20,000 bases of DNA from an uncultured virus (IMG/VR IMGVR_UViG_2925597055_000005) (lineage: Duplodnaviria > Heunggongvirae > Uroviricota > Caudoviricetes), in IMG/VR virus record IMGVR_UViG_2925597055_000005, positions 46,712 to 66,711 of that record, one strand, 5' to 3'. The notes beneath the pieces were generated by a model. The model did not search any database. It saw only the letters and a program-made list of their open reading frames with translations, and was not told where the DNA came from. The translations under genes were made by a program, and so were the position numbers. The stretch's first letter is position 1. The number at the start of each line of letters is the position of its first letter. Below are positions 1-7,782 of the stretch, one piece after another.

Positions 1-332
1 ACATCCGCCTTATAGCCGTATTTACCGAGTGCCAAGTCGATGACAGCCCACGCACCAAACACCGTTTGTGTCGATCGCTTATTACGCCCTTTCGTGTAAT
101 GCTCCCGGACAACAACGTCGAACGGTCCGTATTCGTGCAGGACCATCGTTGCCGCTGCCTCGATATAGGAATACCGGTGACTGTCCGGCGACTGGCTCGT
201 CGTGCTGACAGACGTTACATGTACGAGATCCACGCGCGGCCCCGACTTCAGCCGTTTGACTTCGAGGACCGCGAAGCCGGGATTAGTCGATATGTCTAAC
301 GCGAGAATGCGGATAGGCTTGGCGCTAGTCAT
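1..332 (-). CDS. RuvC-like Holliday junction resolvase (3' end outside window)
   Basis: Manual translation from ATG 332: MTSAKPIRILALDISTNPGFAVLEV...PFDVVVREHYTKGRNKRSTQTVFGAWAVIDLAL. It has the RuvC-type ILALD..GFAV and DVVVRE motifs. Absent from the ORF track because there is no stop in the window. Confidence 0.8.
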   Translation of the reverse strand, partial: MTSAKPIRILALDISTNPGFAVLEVKRLKSGPRVDLVHVTSVSTTSQSPDSHRYSYIEAAATMVLHEYGPFDVVVREHYTKGRNKRSTQTVFGAWAVIDLALGKYGYKAD

Positions 333-486
333 CTAATACCGCCTTCCACCCTGCGATGAGCCCTAAAATAAGGGAGATAGGAACCGATAGTGTGTCGCCC
401 GCTTCCGGATTCATCAGCGAAATCGAACCGTTAATGATAATCGAAAGCAATACCGCAATTAACGTGTAAAGAATAAACCGCGCCAT
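325..486 (-). CDS. small two-TM membrane protein (53 aa)
   Basis: MARFILYTLIAVLLSIIINGSISLMNPEAGDTLSVPISLILGLIAGWKAVLDD. TGATG coupling to the upstream stop; fills the gap between neighbours. Confidence 0.7.
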   Translation of the reverse strand: MARFILYTLIAVLLSIIINGSISLMNPEAGDTLSVPISLILGLIAGWKAVLDD

Positions 487-1547
487 CAGACCGCCTCCCC
501 TTTGCGTACTTTTTCGATAAACTCAAGCGCCCCGGCGTACTGCCTTTTCGTAGAATCAAAGACGTTCGACCGTTTGACTCGCGAAACCTTATCGCGGATG
601 GCTTCCAGCTCGGCCGCCGTAAGTGACTGCGCAATAGCCGTTTTGTATCCGTTGAATGTCCAGCCGTTAAGGTCGACCGCCATAGGCTTGCCGTCGTCAA
701 TCGAATTCTGAATTTCTACGAATCTATCGAGCAGTACGTCGATGTCGTCGCGTCCGATTTCGAGGCCAAACGCCCGAATGTCCGGCGACTTTTCGAATTC
801 CCCCTCATCGTACTCCCACGCTTTCTTCGATGCGTTTACGTAGAGGATTACGTATAAGTCGACGCCATACATCTCCGCATAAGCGATGCACTGCTTAACG
901 TGTTTCTCGTCCGGCTTCTTCAGCGAATAGAAAGACGTACGGGCTGCGCTCGTTTGCTTCGATTTGATTTCGAGGCCCACGCGCAATACTTCGCCATCCT
1001 CGGTGACATATCGCATGATACCGTCACATGTTCCGAAGAGGTGAAACGTCTTGCCGCCGCGCTCGATCTTATGGTTCAGCTTGGCGAAGTCCTCAAACAT
1101 CGGCGTACCGTTCGGATTACGTTCGAAGCTGAACGGGCAGGGCCGGCCGACTTTCTTTTCGAAATGTTTTTCCATAAAGAGCAGATCGCGCTGTATCATA
1201 TCGCCGATTGCCGTTCCGATGCGGGTCCAGCGTCCCTGATACGGAGGCTTTCGCGTTAGGTCTCTCGGATCACCTAGCGCCTTATGATAAAGTTCACGCG
1301 GGCAGGCATTCGCAGATGACGGCGAAAAATACGGCTTCCTCGGAAATACTTTCGGAGCTTCTGCGTACCATCGGTGGATCTGCGCGTCCAATGCGTTATC
1401 CCACGTTTCCGGCAGCGAGTGCCATTCGTTTAGATATTCGATGAGTTCATCCGCAATCTGCTGCGCGTATGTGGTCGGTTCGGGCGGCGACGGCGCTAAT
1501 TGGGCGCGCAGTGAGTTTGCGGCTGATCGTGCATTTGCGTTCGTCAA
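486..1547 (-). CDS. Cas4/RecB-like PD-(D/E)XK exonuclease
   Basis: Motifs FSPSSANACPRELY, GTAIGD, GTCDG, LEIKS and HVKQCIAY. Likely TTG start at 1547 overlapping the upstream TGA (the ORF track extends to 1559). Confidence 0.8.
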   Translation of the reverse strand: MTNANARSAANSLRAQLAPSPPEPTTYAQQIADELIEYLNEWHSLPETWDNALDAQIHRWYAEAPKVFPRKPYFSPSSANACPRELYHKALGDPRDLTRKPPYQGRWTRIGTAIGDMIQRDLLFMEKHFEKKVGRPCPFSFERNPNGTPMFEDFAKLNHKIERGGKTFHLFGTCDGIMRYVTEDGEVLRVGLEIKSKQTSAARTSFYSLKKPDEKHVKQCIAYAEMYGVDLYVILYVNASKKAWEYDEGEFEKSPDIRAFGLEIGRDDIDVLLDRFVEIQNSIDDGKPMAVDLNGWTFNGYKTAIAQSLTAAELEAIRDKVSRVKRSNVFDSTKRQYAGALEFIEKVRKGEAV

Positions 1548-1840
1548 ACTGCCACCCACTTCGTTACTACGACTTCGCGTTTTTCTACTTCGGTAATTTC
1601 GGCCAGATCGTCGGCTCCGTAAATTTCGCTGTCATACGTCCAATCGGTCCATTCAGATCCGGATCTGCCAAGTTCTCCGCGATAATGCTTATTTCCGTCA
1701 GTGAAAATAACGGTTTTGCTTTGGTGCTTGTGTCCGTGCTCCCATTCGCTTTCCTCTACGACTGTATAGGTCACATCTCCGATATCAATTCCGCCTTCAA
1801 ACGTCATATCTTCCAGTTGTTCAATCGTCAATTTAACCAA
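1544..1840 (-). CDS. hypothetical acidic phage protein (98 aa)
   Basis: Tightly coupled ORF between the polymerase and exonuclease, with a GAGG RBS. Confidence 0.75.
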   Translation of the reverse strand: MVKLTIEQLEDMTFEGGIDIGDVTYTVVEESEWEHGHKHQSKTVIFTDGNKHYRGELGRSGSEWTDWTYDSEIYGADDLAEITEVEKREVVVTKWVAV

Positions 1841-4126
1841 TTAAACCGCCTCCTCTTTTTTGAACCATTCTTCTACGGGCACACCTTCGCCCCATTTGCG
1901 CATCACTTCGATATCCGTTCCGTTCGGCACAACGTCTCCCCAACGGTAAGAATTAAGCATGATATCGCGAATTTCTTGCGCTTCTTCCCACGTAAACTCC
2001 TCCGGAACTTCAAAAATGAGTTCGTCATGCACCGTTGACCACAGCGCCCATCCCGGTTTGTTAGCGCAATATTCGTGCGCTTTAATCATCGTGACTTTCG
2101 TTTGAATAGACGACGATCCTTGTACGCGAGCATTTGTCGCTTGACGCAAAGCGCGATTAATTCGTGAATTATGTTTTCTTACGTCATCGTATTTTGGATC
2201 ATTCCATTTTCCGTACGGAATGTTTTTGCGGGGTAGTTTAGCGTCTGGCAGCCGGCGTTTTCGCGCATTCAGATCAGCCCAAACGTATCCGTTTTTTCGC
2301 ACAAATTCTTCGTTCTCTTTTAACCACGCCGACAGCTTCGGCATACTTCCGAACAACTCTTCTTTAAACTCGGTCGCCTCTTTCTTACCTACGCCTAGCA
2401 TATCCGCTAGAGAATAATCACTCATTCCGTATAATGTAGCTAACCATGCGACCTTCATTTTCTTTCGCTCTTTTGTGTCGGAACCATCAGCATTCTTATA
2501 AACTTCCTCGTACGGTCGTTTGTAGAAGTTCGATGCCATCGTTGCGTATGGATCACGTTCTTCTAAAAACGCATTAATCAGTACTGGTTCGCCCGACAGG
2601 TGCGCCACACACCTGATTTCCTGCGCTTTAAAGTCGGCGCCTACTAGCAGCTTTCCGGGAGGAGGACCGAACATCGGACGTGCTTCCGGTGGCTGATTCT
2701 GCACGTTAAACCCTTGCTGCGTTTTATCCTCTTCGTCCTTTCCGGAGCTGAATCGGCCCGTCACGGTTCCCATCGGATTGAATCGCGAATGCCAACGCTC
2801 AGTTGTTGGGTTTTGCTTTGTCGGCAGCGTGTCGATATACGTACCACTCAACTTAACGATATTCTTGTACTCTAGGAGTTTCGCAATGACATCGTAGTCG
2901 TCTTTCAACGGCTTGAGCGTTTTCTTAGCGTCCATATTCGGGAGCTCCTTGCCGATTGCCTTTGAAAGTGCGGGCCGCATCTGATGAGTCGAGTTTAGAT
3001 TTATCGGTTCGTCTCCTTCATGGAATGGCGTCAACTCCACAACTAATTCCTTTCGCAACTCCTCCGCACGCTTATGCAGCTTTTCTCCGTATTCTTTCGC
3101 GAAATCCAAGTCAAGAATATATCCGTTGGCTTCTAAATCGACGATTACATACAATAACGGAACTTCAACGGTTTGATAATATTCCAAAACCGTCGGTATT
3201 TTCGCCATGTGATAACGCTGAAATTCGTACAGCTTCCACGTTAATTCCGTATCCTTCGCTGCGTAAACTAGCGCTAGGTCTAACGGAACTTCTTTAAATT
3301 GCGCATTCCTGCCGAACAGAGCATCGAAAGTGTCTGCCGGTGTTTTTAAGTATTTAGGCGCTAAGTCTTTGAGCTTAAACGAACCGGCTCCGCCTAATGT
3401 TCGATCACTCTCGTTTTCGTTCAGAAGGTGCATCGCGGTCATCGTATCCCAAGCGACGCCTTTCAAATCGAACCCATGCCGCCGAAGCATCGCAATATCG
3501 AATATCGCGTTGTGTAAAACCTTGCCGATTGATTCATCGTTAAATACAGGCGCCAGACCTTCGAGTACATATTCGCGACTTAACTGCTCGCAATCAACGT
3601 GATCCACCGGTATATAAACGTGCCAGTCAGCGTTTGGCAACGTCAGCGAAAGCCCCACGATTACGTCCGTATAGACATCTACGCCCGTCGTCTCGGTATC
3701 AACTGCGATTATTGTTTCGTTATTTAACGCCTTGATTAGCGCCTGAAATCGTTCTTCAGTCGTAATTAATTCGTAATTATCCGGCGTATTCTCGACCATC
3801 TGCCGCAAGGTTTCTTCGCGCTGGGATTCCTGAAGCGTCTTCCATAGCCGGAGTGCCTCCGCCTTGCTGAACGCTTTAGGGTTGCCGGCCTTGTTCACGC
3901 AGTCAGCCGGATCGCGCGCTAGTTTGCCCGCATCCATGGCCGCCTTGACTTCCGTTACCCTTTTGCGATCGGCATCCGATAGCTTCATCGCGAATATCTT
4001 GCGCCAGCTTTCCTCGATCGGCTCGGCGGTCTTGGCTTTCGCCTTCCGCTTGGCCGTCTCCTCTACTGCGTCCGATTTCGGTGCCGCCGGCTTAAGCGCG
4101 TTCAAGTTTAACCGTAAGCCTTCCAT
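1841..4126 (-). CDS. polA: family A DNA polymerase with 3'-5' exonuclease, no recognisable 5'-3' exonuclease
   Basis: ExoI VDTETTG, ExoII HNAIFD, ExoIII YAAKD; TGRFSS; motif A GADFKAQEIR; motif B RKKMKVAWLATLYG; motif C TVHDEL; strong GGAGG RBS. Confidence 0.95.
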   Translation of the reverse strand: MEGLRLNLNALKPAAPKSDAVEETAKRKAKAKTAEPIEESWRKIFAMKLSDADRKRVTEVKAAMDAGKLARDPADCVNKAGNPKAFSKAEALRLWKTLQESQREETLRQMVENTPDNYELITTEERFQALIKALNNETIIAVDTETTGVDVYTDVIVGLSLTLPNADWHVYIPVDHVDCEQLSREYVLEGLAPVFNDESIGKVLHNAIFDIAMLRRHGFDLKGVAWDTMTAMHLLNENESDRTLGGAGSFKLKDLAPKYLKTPADTFDALFGRNAQFKEVPLDLALVYAAKDTELTWKLYEFQRYHMAKIPTVLEYYQTVEVPLLYVIVDLEANGYILDLDFAKEYGEKLHKRAEELRKELVVELTPFHEGDEPINLNSTHQMRPALSKAIGKELPNMDAKKTLKPLKDDYDVIAKLLEYKNIVKLSGTYIDTLPTKQNPTTERWHSRFNPMGTVTGRFSSGKDEEDKTQQGFNVQNQPPEARPMFGPPPGKLLVGADFKAQEIRCVAHLSGEPVLINAFLEERDPYATMASNFYKRPYEEVYKNADGSDTKERKKMKVAWLATLYGMSDYSLADMLGVGKKEATEFKEELFGSMPKLSAWLKENEEFVRKNGYVWADLNARKRRLPDAKLPRKNIPYGKWNDPKYDDVRKHNSRINRALRQATNARVQGSSSIQTKVTMIKAHEYCANKPGWALWSTVHDELIFEVPEEFTWEEAQEIRDIMLNSYRWGDVVPNGTDIEVMRKWGEGVPVEEWFKKEEAV

Positions 4127-4160
4127 CCGTCGTCCTCCTTCCTCGCGTAATAAAGGCCGC

Positions 4161-4310
4161 TTAATCGCTCGTTACGTTCAGGTATCCGAAAATTATTACG
4201 CCTACCAATAAAATTAACGGAGCTACAGCCGAATAAAGCGCGAATACGCCCGCAACAAATGCGGCTATAATTCCGAATAGAAATGCGATTGCTCTCGGTA
4301 ATCTCCTCAT
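4161..4310 (-). CDS. small hydrophobic membrane protein (49 aa)
   Basis: MRRLPRAIAFLFGIIAAFVAGVFALYSAVAPLILLVGVIIFGYLNVTSD. GGAGGCGG RBS; ATGA overlap with the upstream ORF. Confidence 0.7.
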   Translation of the reverse strand: MRRLPRAIAFLFGIIAAFVAGVFALYSAVAPLILLVGVIIFGYLNVTSD

Positions 4311-4486
4311 AAATCGACCGCCTCCGTCCATCTTCGTTTATATCCCGCTTCGTTTTCTGCATACCATTCCGACCAGCAAGACGGCCCGCACGCGTAAACC
4401 TCGAAGAGCGAATCGTAAATTGCGGATCGCCCTTCGTAAAGGTTAGCGTTACATGCGGCGCAGACGGCGGCCGGCTTAGCGGTCAA
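4307..4486 (-). CDS. small putative metal-binding protein, CxxC...CxxxC (59 aa)
   Basis: TTG start with GAGG RBS: MTAKPAAVCAACNANLYEGRSAIYDSLFEVYACGPSCWSEWYAENEAGYKRRWTEAVDL. Overlaps both neighbours. Confidence 0.65.
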   Translation of the reverse strand: MTAKPAAVCAACNANLYEGRSAIYDSLFEVYACGPSCWSEWYAENEAGYKRRWTEAVDL

Positions 4487-5435
4487 AGCGCGCCTCGACT
4501 GGCGTGATAAGGCGCAGGTTTGCCGGTTTTTCTCTGCAAATTCCGTACTCCTTCGTTTGAACTCCTACGCGACCCTCTTCGGTATCGTCCACGACTTCGC
4601 AAATCTCGTTATCTCCGTAGTCATAGCGAACAACATCGCCGTTCTTATACTCGCCGACCTTACGTCCGATCTTCGCCCACTTCGCTTCTTCGGCTTGCTG
4701 GCGCTCGATCTCGGCGGCTTTCTCTTCGGTTAAAATTTCGAGCTGATCCGGCGCTGCGAATCCAGACCCTCTAAAACAGTCGCCGCCTTCGATTCGAATG
4801 AGAGTGCCTCTCCGGTGGTTGTAGGCGTTATCGGAAACCTCGTAAATATTACCGTCCGTGAATCCGCCTAAAGGGTAGTCTCCGCCGCCCGACTTCAACC
4901 GCACTTTAGCGCCTTCTTTAAATTTAGCGCGTGCTGCTGCGTCTTTAGCTTCGGCAACTTCTTCGTCAGTGGCGCGTACGAGTGATTCTTCTGTACGCCA
5001 TTCCGTGTCTTTACCGTCCATAGTTTCGACCATAAAAGGAACCTGACAGCCCGTATCTTGAATCACTTTAACGATGTCTCCTTTTTCGGTGACAATAGCC
5101 TGACCGACCACCTTCGCATAATCACCGACCCTCAGACGCTCAGCTTCTACGTTTACGGCGCTTACTTTGCGGAAGATTCTCAGGTTATGCCTATACGTCG
5201 ATGCCTCGCAAATATTTCCGTCCATACCGACAATCTGATCTCGAATACCACTTGTCGTGTATGTTACAACGAAAAACTCACCGATATTTTGGTCGCCCCA
5301 CGATTCTGTAACGAACACGATATCGCCGACCTTCGCCTCGCCTTCCACGCGCTCGTATTCCGCACCGCCATACGCAACTTTCGTAATTTCACCGTTCACC
5401 ATATCGAGTGTCTTAACGCCGTCTAATTTCGCCAT
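4476..5435 (-). CDS. hypothetical phage protein with repeated SH3/KOW-like beta modules
   Basis: Four similar module starts (AKVGDIVFV, LRVGDYAKV, FKEGAKVRL, YKNGDVVRY); GGAGG RBS. Confidence 0.75.
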   Translation of the reverse strand: MAKLDGVKTLDMVNGEITKVAYGGAEYERVEGEAKVGDIVFVTESWGDQNIGEFFVVTYTTSGIRDQIVGMDGNICEASTYRHNLRIFRKVSAVNVEAERLRVGDYAKVVGQAIVTEKGDIVKVIQDTGCQVPFMVETMDGKDTEWRTEESLVRATDEEVAEAKDAAARAKFKEGAKVRLKSGGGDYPLGGFTDGNIYEVSDNAYNHRRGTLIRIEGGDCFRGSGFAAPDQLEILTEEKAAEIERQQAEEAKWAKIGRKVGEYKNGDVVRYDYGDNEICEVVDDTEEGRVGVQTKEYGICREKPANLRLITPVEARFDR

Positions 5436-5870
5436 TTATACCGCCTCCGATTCGTTAATTTTCGTAATATCTACGTCTTCGCGCCGGAAATTCAAATCCA
5501 TCCGAACCCACCGTTTGCCATCCTTCGACTGCGGCCCCCAATACTCGGTGAGCTCGCGGTTCTCGAACATCCACACGGTAGGCACCGGACCACGGCCGAT
5601 AAGCACGCCGATAAAGTAATCGACTTCATCGAGCTTATACGGTGTCCGGTCGCTTTTCCGCGCCTGAACGATAAGGCTGCCGCGCTTCTTCCGATCATAA
5701 ATCGTCTTCACCTGAAACGTTTTCCACTCGCCACTCAACGGATCTTTTGCGCTAATATCGAACGCCTCTTCCGTTTCGGACGTACTGACCGCCTGCCAGC
5801 CGCTAGCCAGCAGCGCAGCACGAGCGATCAGTTCCGAATACTTGCCGGTATCTTCTGCTTTATGCGCCAT
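5436..5870 (-). CDS. PD-(D/E)XK endonuclease (Hjc/PDDEXK_5-like)
   Basis: GKYSE...FDI...FQVKT...YKLDEVDYFIGV pattern. Start set at ATG 5870 behind AAAGGAGG (the track's 5960 start is an over-extension). Confidence 0.75.
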   Translation of the reverse strand: MAHKAEDTGKYSELIARAALLASGWQAVSTSETEEAFDISAKDPLSGEWKTFQVKTIYDRKKRGSLIVQARKSDRTPYKLDEVDYFIGVLIGRGPVPTVWMFENRELTEYWGPQSKDGKRWVRMDLNFRREDVDITKINESEAV

Positions 5871-5904
5871 ATGAGCGCCTCCTTTTCGTTTGGTTGGTAC
5901 GTGA

Positions 5905-6684
5905 TTAGAACGGTAATTCTTCGTCAGTCGGCTTCCAAGGCTCAGGTTCGTTCGCAGCATTTCCGCCGAGTGACAGACCTATCAAGCTAATATCGAAGCC
6001 GGCCGCGACTAGGTTTTCGATCTGCGTTTTTTCGTCAGCTTCGAAAAGCAGGCCGTCAAACAGCGACATATCGAATTCTTTATCCGCATACTTAGCGAAG
6101 TTCTCGCGCTCCTTCTCCGTTAGATCGTCTTCCATGTCGATGATAGGCGTTAAGCTAACGGTAGTTGCCGTTCCTGACCCCGTCTTTTCAAGCTCGAACG
6201 CAACCTTTCCGAGTTTCTTTTCATACTTCAAGATAACCGCGTAAATTGTTTGCGCCTGCTTCTTCGAGAGGTCGATAATGATCGGATCGCCCGTCGCCAG
6301 ATCGATGAATCCGAGAGCATAACGCTCTTTTACGCGATATTTACTCGCCTCTTCTTTATATCTCTCTTCCGCATGGCTATCGCCTTTGTTTTCGGCTTCT
6401 TTCTTCAGATCCTGATAGTACTTCCACGCGAGATCCCACGGCGTGTAATTGCCGACCGGGAAGCCTTTTTCGTTCATAGTGCTCGGGTTTTCAGCCACGA
6501 ACGAGTTAACTTTTTTATAGATTCCGTAGTTGTAAAATCGGATAAGGTCCGCAGTACCAAGAACGCGAACTTTAAAGGAAGTGCCGGATGTAAAACTTGT
6601 GAACTCGGTTTCCTTACCGCTTCCGCCCTCGTTCGTCGAATTTAAAGCGTTTAATGCCGCTGCACCTTTTTCAAATTTGCTCAT
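5905..6684 (-). CDS. putative single-stranded DNA-binding protein (gp32-like)
   Basis: Start at ATG 6684 (MSKFEKG) behind an AGGGGG RBS; acidic tail ending DEELPF; beta-rich aromatic core; located in the replication module. Confidence 0.7.
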   Translation of the reverse strand: MSKFEKGAAALNALNSTNEGGSGKETEFTSFTSGTSFKVRVLGTADLIRFYNYGIYKKVNSFVAENPSTMNEKGFPVGNYTPWDLAWKYYQDLKKEAENKGDSHAEERYKEEASKYRVKERYALGFIDLATGDPIIIDLSKKQAQTIYAVILKYEKKLGKVAFELEKTGSGTATTVSLTPIIDMEDDLTEKERENFAKYADKEFDMSLFDGLLFEADEKTQIENLVAAGFDISLIGLSLGGNAANEPEPWKPTDEELPF

Positions 6685-6717
6685 TCGTTTTCCCCCTACG
6701 TTTTTATTAAGGCTTTT

Positions 6718-6822
6718 CGCCCTCGCAAAATGCCGGTGTCTGCGCCCGAAACGCCGCCAGCGCTTGGCAGTAGCGACGCGACACGGATTACCTAACGGCC
6801 GCCCCGACATTCTCCGAGGACG
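6718..6822 (-). ncRNA. candidate structured RNA in the ssb 5' leader
   Basis: Minus-strand arms CGUCCUCG-G-AGAAUGUCGG and CCGGCAUUUU-G-CGAGGGCG form 18 bp with three G-U pairs. Inner stems: UGUC/GACA, GCGUC/GGCGC, CUGCCA/UGGCGG. Confidence 0.5.
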
Positions 6823-6830
6823 CGACGCGC

Positions 6831-6929
6831 CTATGATGCGTCGTCTTCGCCACTTTGCGTCCACATGCCGAAAAGTATTAATCCGATGATGACGGCGGCA
6901 ATCGGTCCCACCCACGAAAGATCAGACAT
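6831..6929 (-). CDS. single-TM micropeptide (32 aa)
   Basis: MSDLSWVGPIAAVIIGLILFGMWTQSGEDDAS; ATG overlaps the end of the upstream gene. Confidence 0.55.
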   Translation of the reverse strand: MSDLSWVGPIAAVIIGLILFGMWTQSGEDDAS

Positions 6930-7488
6930 ACGCCGCCACGCCTTTCTCAATCGATTCAATTTCGGATTTAATCGCGTTAACTTTCTCGTTAATTGACGCG
7001 TATTCAGAACGAGCAACGGCGATCTTTGCGTCAATTACTGCGATAATCTTATGTGCGCGAGCTTTTGCGCGATTTAATTCGAGCTGCGCAATTTCGAGGT
7101 TCTTTTCCGCAAGCTGAATCGTTAAGCTTCGTAATTCGCGTTTATGGCGGACGATGATGGCGCCGGATTTACGTTTGATTACCGTCTTCAGTTCGTCTGG
7201 AAGACCGTTAATTGGATTCGGATTTCCTGATGTCGTAGCGTCGATTGGCGCTAATCCTTCGTGCATTTTATATACGGTTACGACTTTATTATCGATTACT
7301 ACGAGTCTGACACGTGACTTTATATGGTCGAAGATTCGTGACGTCTTCCCATTGTGATCATTCGCATCTCCGATATAATGAGCCGTTTGCATAAGGTTAT
7401 TAATACATCCGACAGCAGATCCGCGGTCGTAGCCAAGTCGTTCAACTGCGCGATCAACAGCATGCTTGGTTACTCCGTACTTTTTCAT
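6922..7488 (-). CDS. putative RelE/DUF4258-like RNase domain plus coiled coil
   Basis: N-terminal YGVTKHAVDRAVERLG ... VRLVVIDNKVVTVY resembles the HA..R..ER / VVTVY pattern; C-terminal heptad-rich helix. Confidence 0.55.
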   Translation of the reverse strand: MKKYGVTKHAVDRAVERLGYDRGSAVGCINNLMQTAHYIGDANDHNGKTSRIFDHIKSRVRLVVIDNKVVTVYKMHEGLAPIDATTSGNPNPINGLPDELKTVIKRKSGAIIVRHKRELRSLTIQLAEKNLEIAQLELNRAKARAHKIIAVIDAKIAVARSEYASINEKVNAIKSEIESIEKGVAAYV

Positions 7489-7646
7489 CCGACGCGCACC
7501 GCCTTAATCGGAGTAGCCGGGAAATAGTCGGCCGGATCTTCATCGTGCGGCCATGCGCCTTGGTAAATGAAATCGGTGAGTTTGCGCTCGTCTAGCGCTA
7601 AAAGCGTTTGAGATTCGTTAAATGTGGGTAAAATCGATGTATGCAT
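7485..7646 (-). CDS. small hypothetical protein (53 aa)
   Basis: MHTSILPTFNESQTLLALDERKLTDFIYQGAWPHDEDPADYFPATPIKAVRVG. GGAGG RBS at 7657-7661; ATGA coupling to the next gene. Confidence 0.65.
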   Translation of the reverse strand: MHTSILPTFNESQTLLALDERKLTDFIYQGAWPHDEDPADYFPATPIKAVRVG

Positions 7647-7679
7647 AGTACGTTAGCCTCCGTTATTTTAAGGATAATC

Positions 7680-7778
7680 GCACTAGGCCGAGGACTTGTT
7701 CGCATAATTGTTCGCTTGAATTCGTTGACAATATGCAATACAATGAGGACGTAGCGAAAGTCCTTCGGGCCTAGCTGC
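7680..7778. repeat. long imperfect inverted repeat with a ~50-nt loop
   Basis: GCACTAGGCCGAGGACTTGTTCGC (7680-7703) is complementary, with bulges, to GCGAAAGTCCTTCGGGCCTAGCTGC (7754-7778). Confidence 0.75.
7716..7744 (+). promoter_or_regulatory. putative sigA promoter, antisense to the sigma-factor gene
   Basis: TTGAAT-N17-TACAAT. Confidence 0.5.
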
Positions 7779-7782
7779 GTGG

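Noticed and set aside
4108..4362. 84-aa minus-strand ORF from the track
   Set aside because: It conflicts with two better-supported, RBS-bearing coupled ORFs (4161-4310 and 4307-4486).
6685..6915. N-terminal extension of the ssb ORF
   Set aside because: Arg-rich read-through of a structured leader; the RBS supports ATG 6684.
7725..7744. TTGACA at 7725 as the -35 element
   Set aside because: Only 8 bp from TACAAT; TTGAAT at 7716 gives the correct 17-bp spacing.
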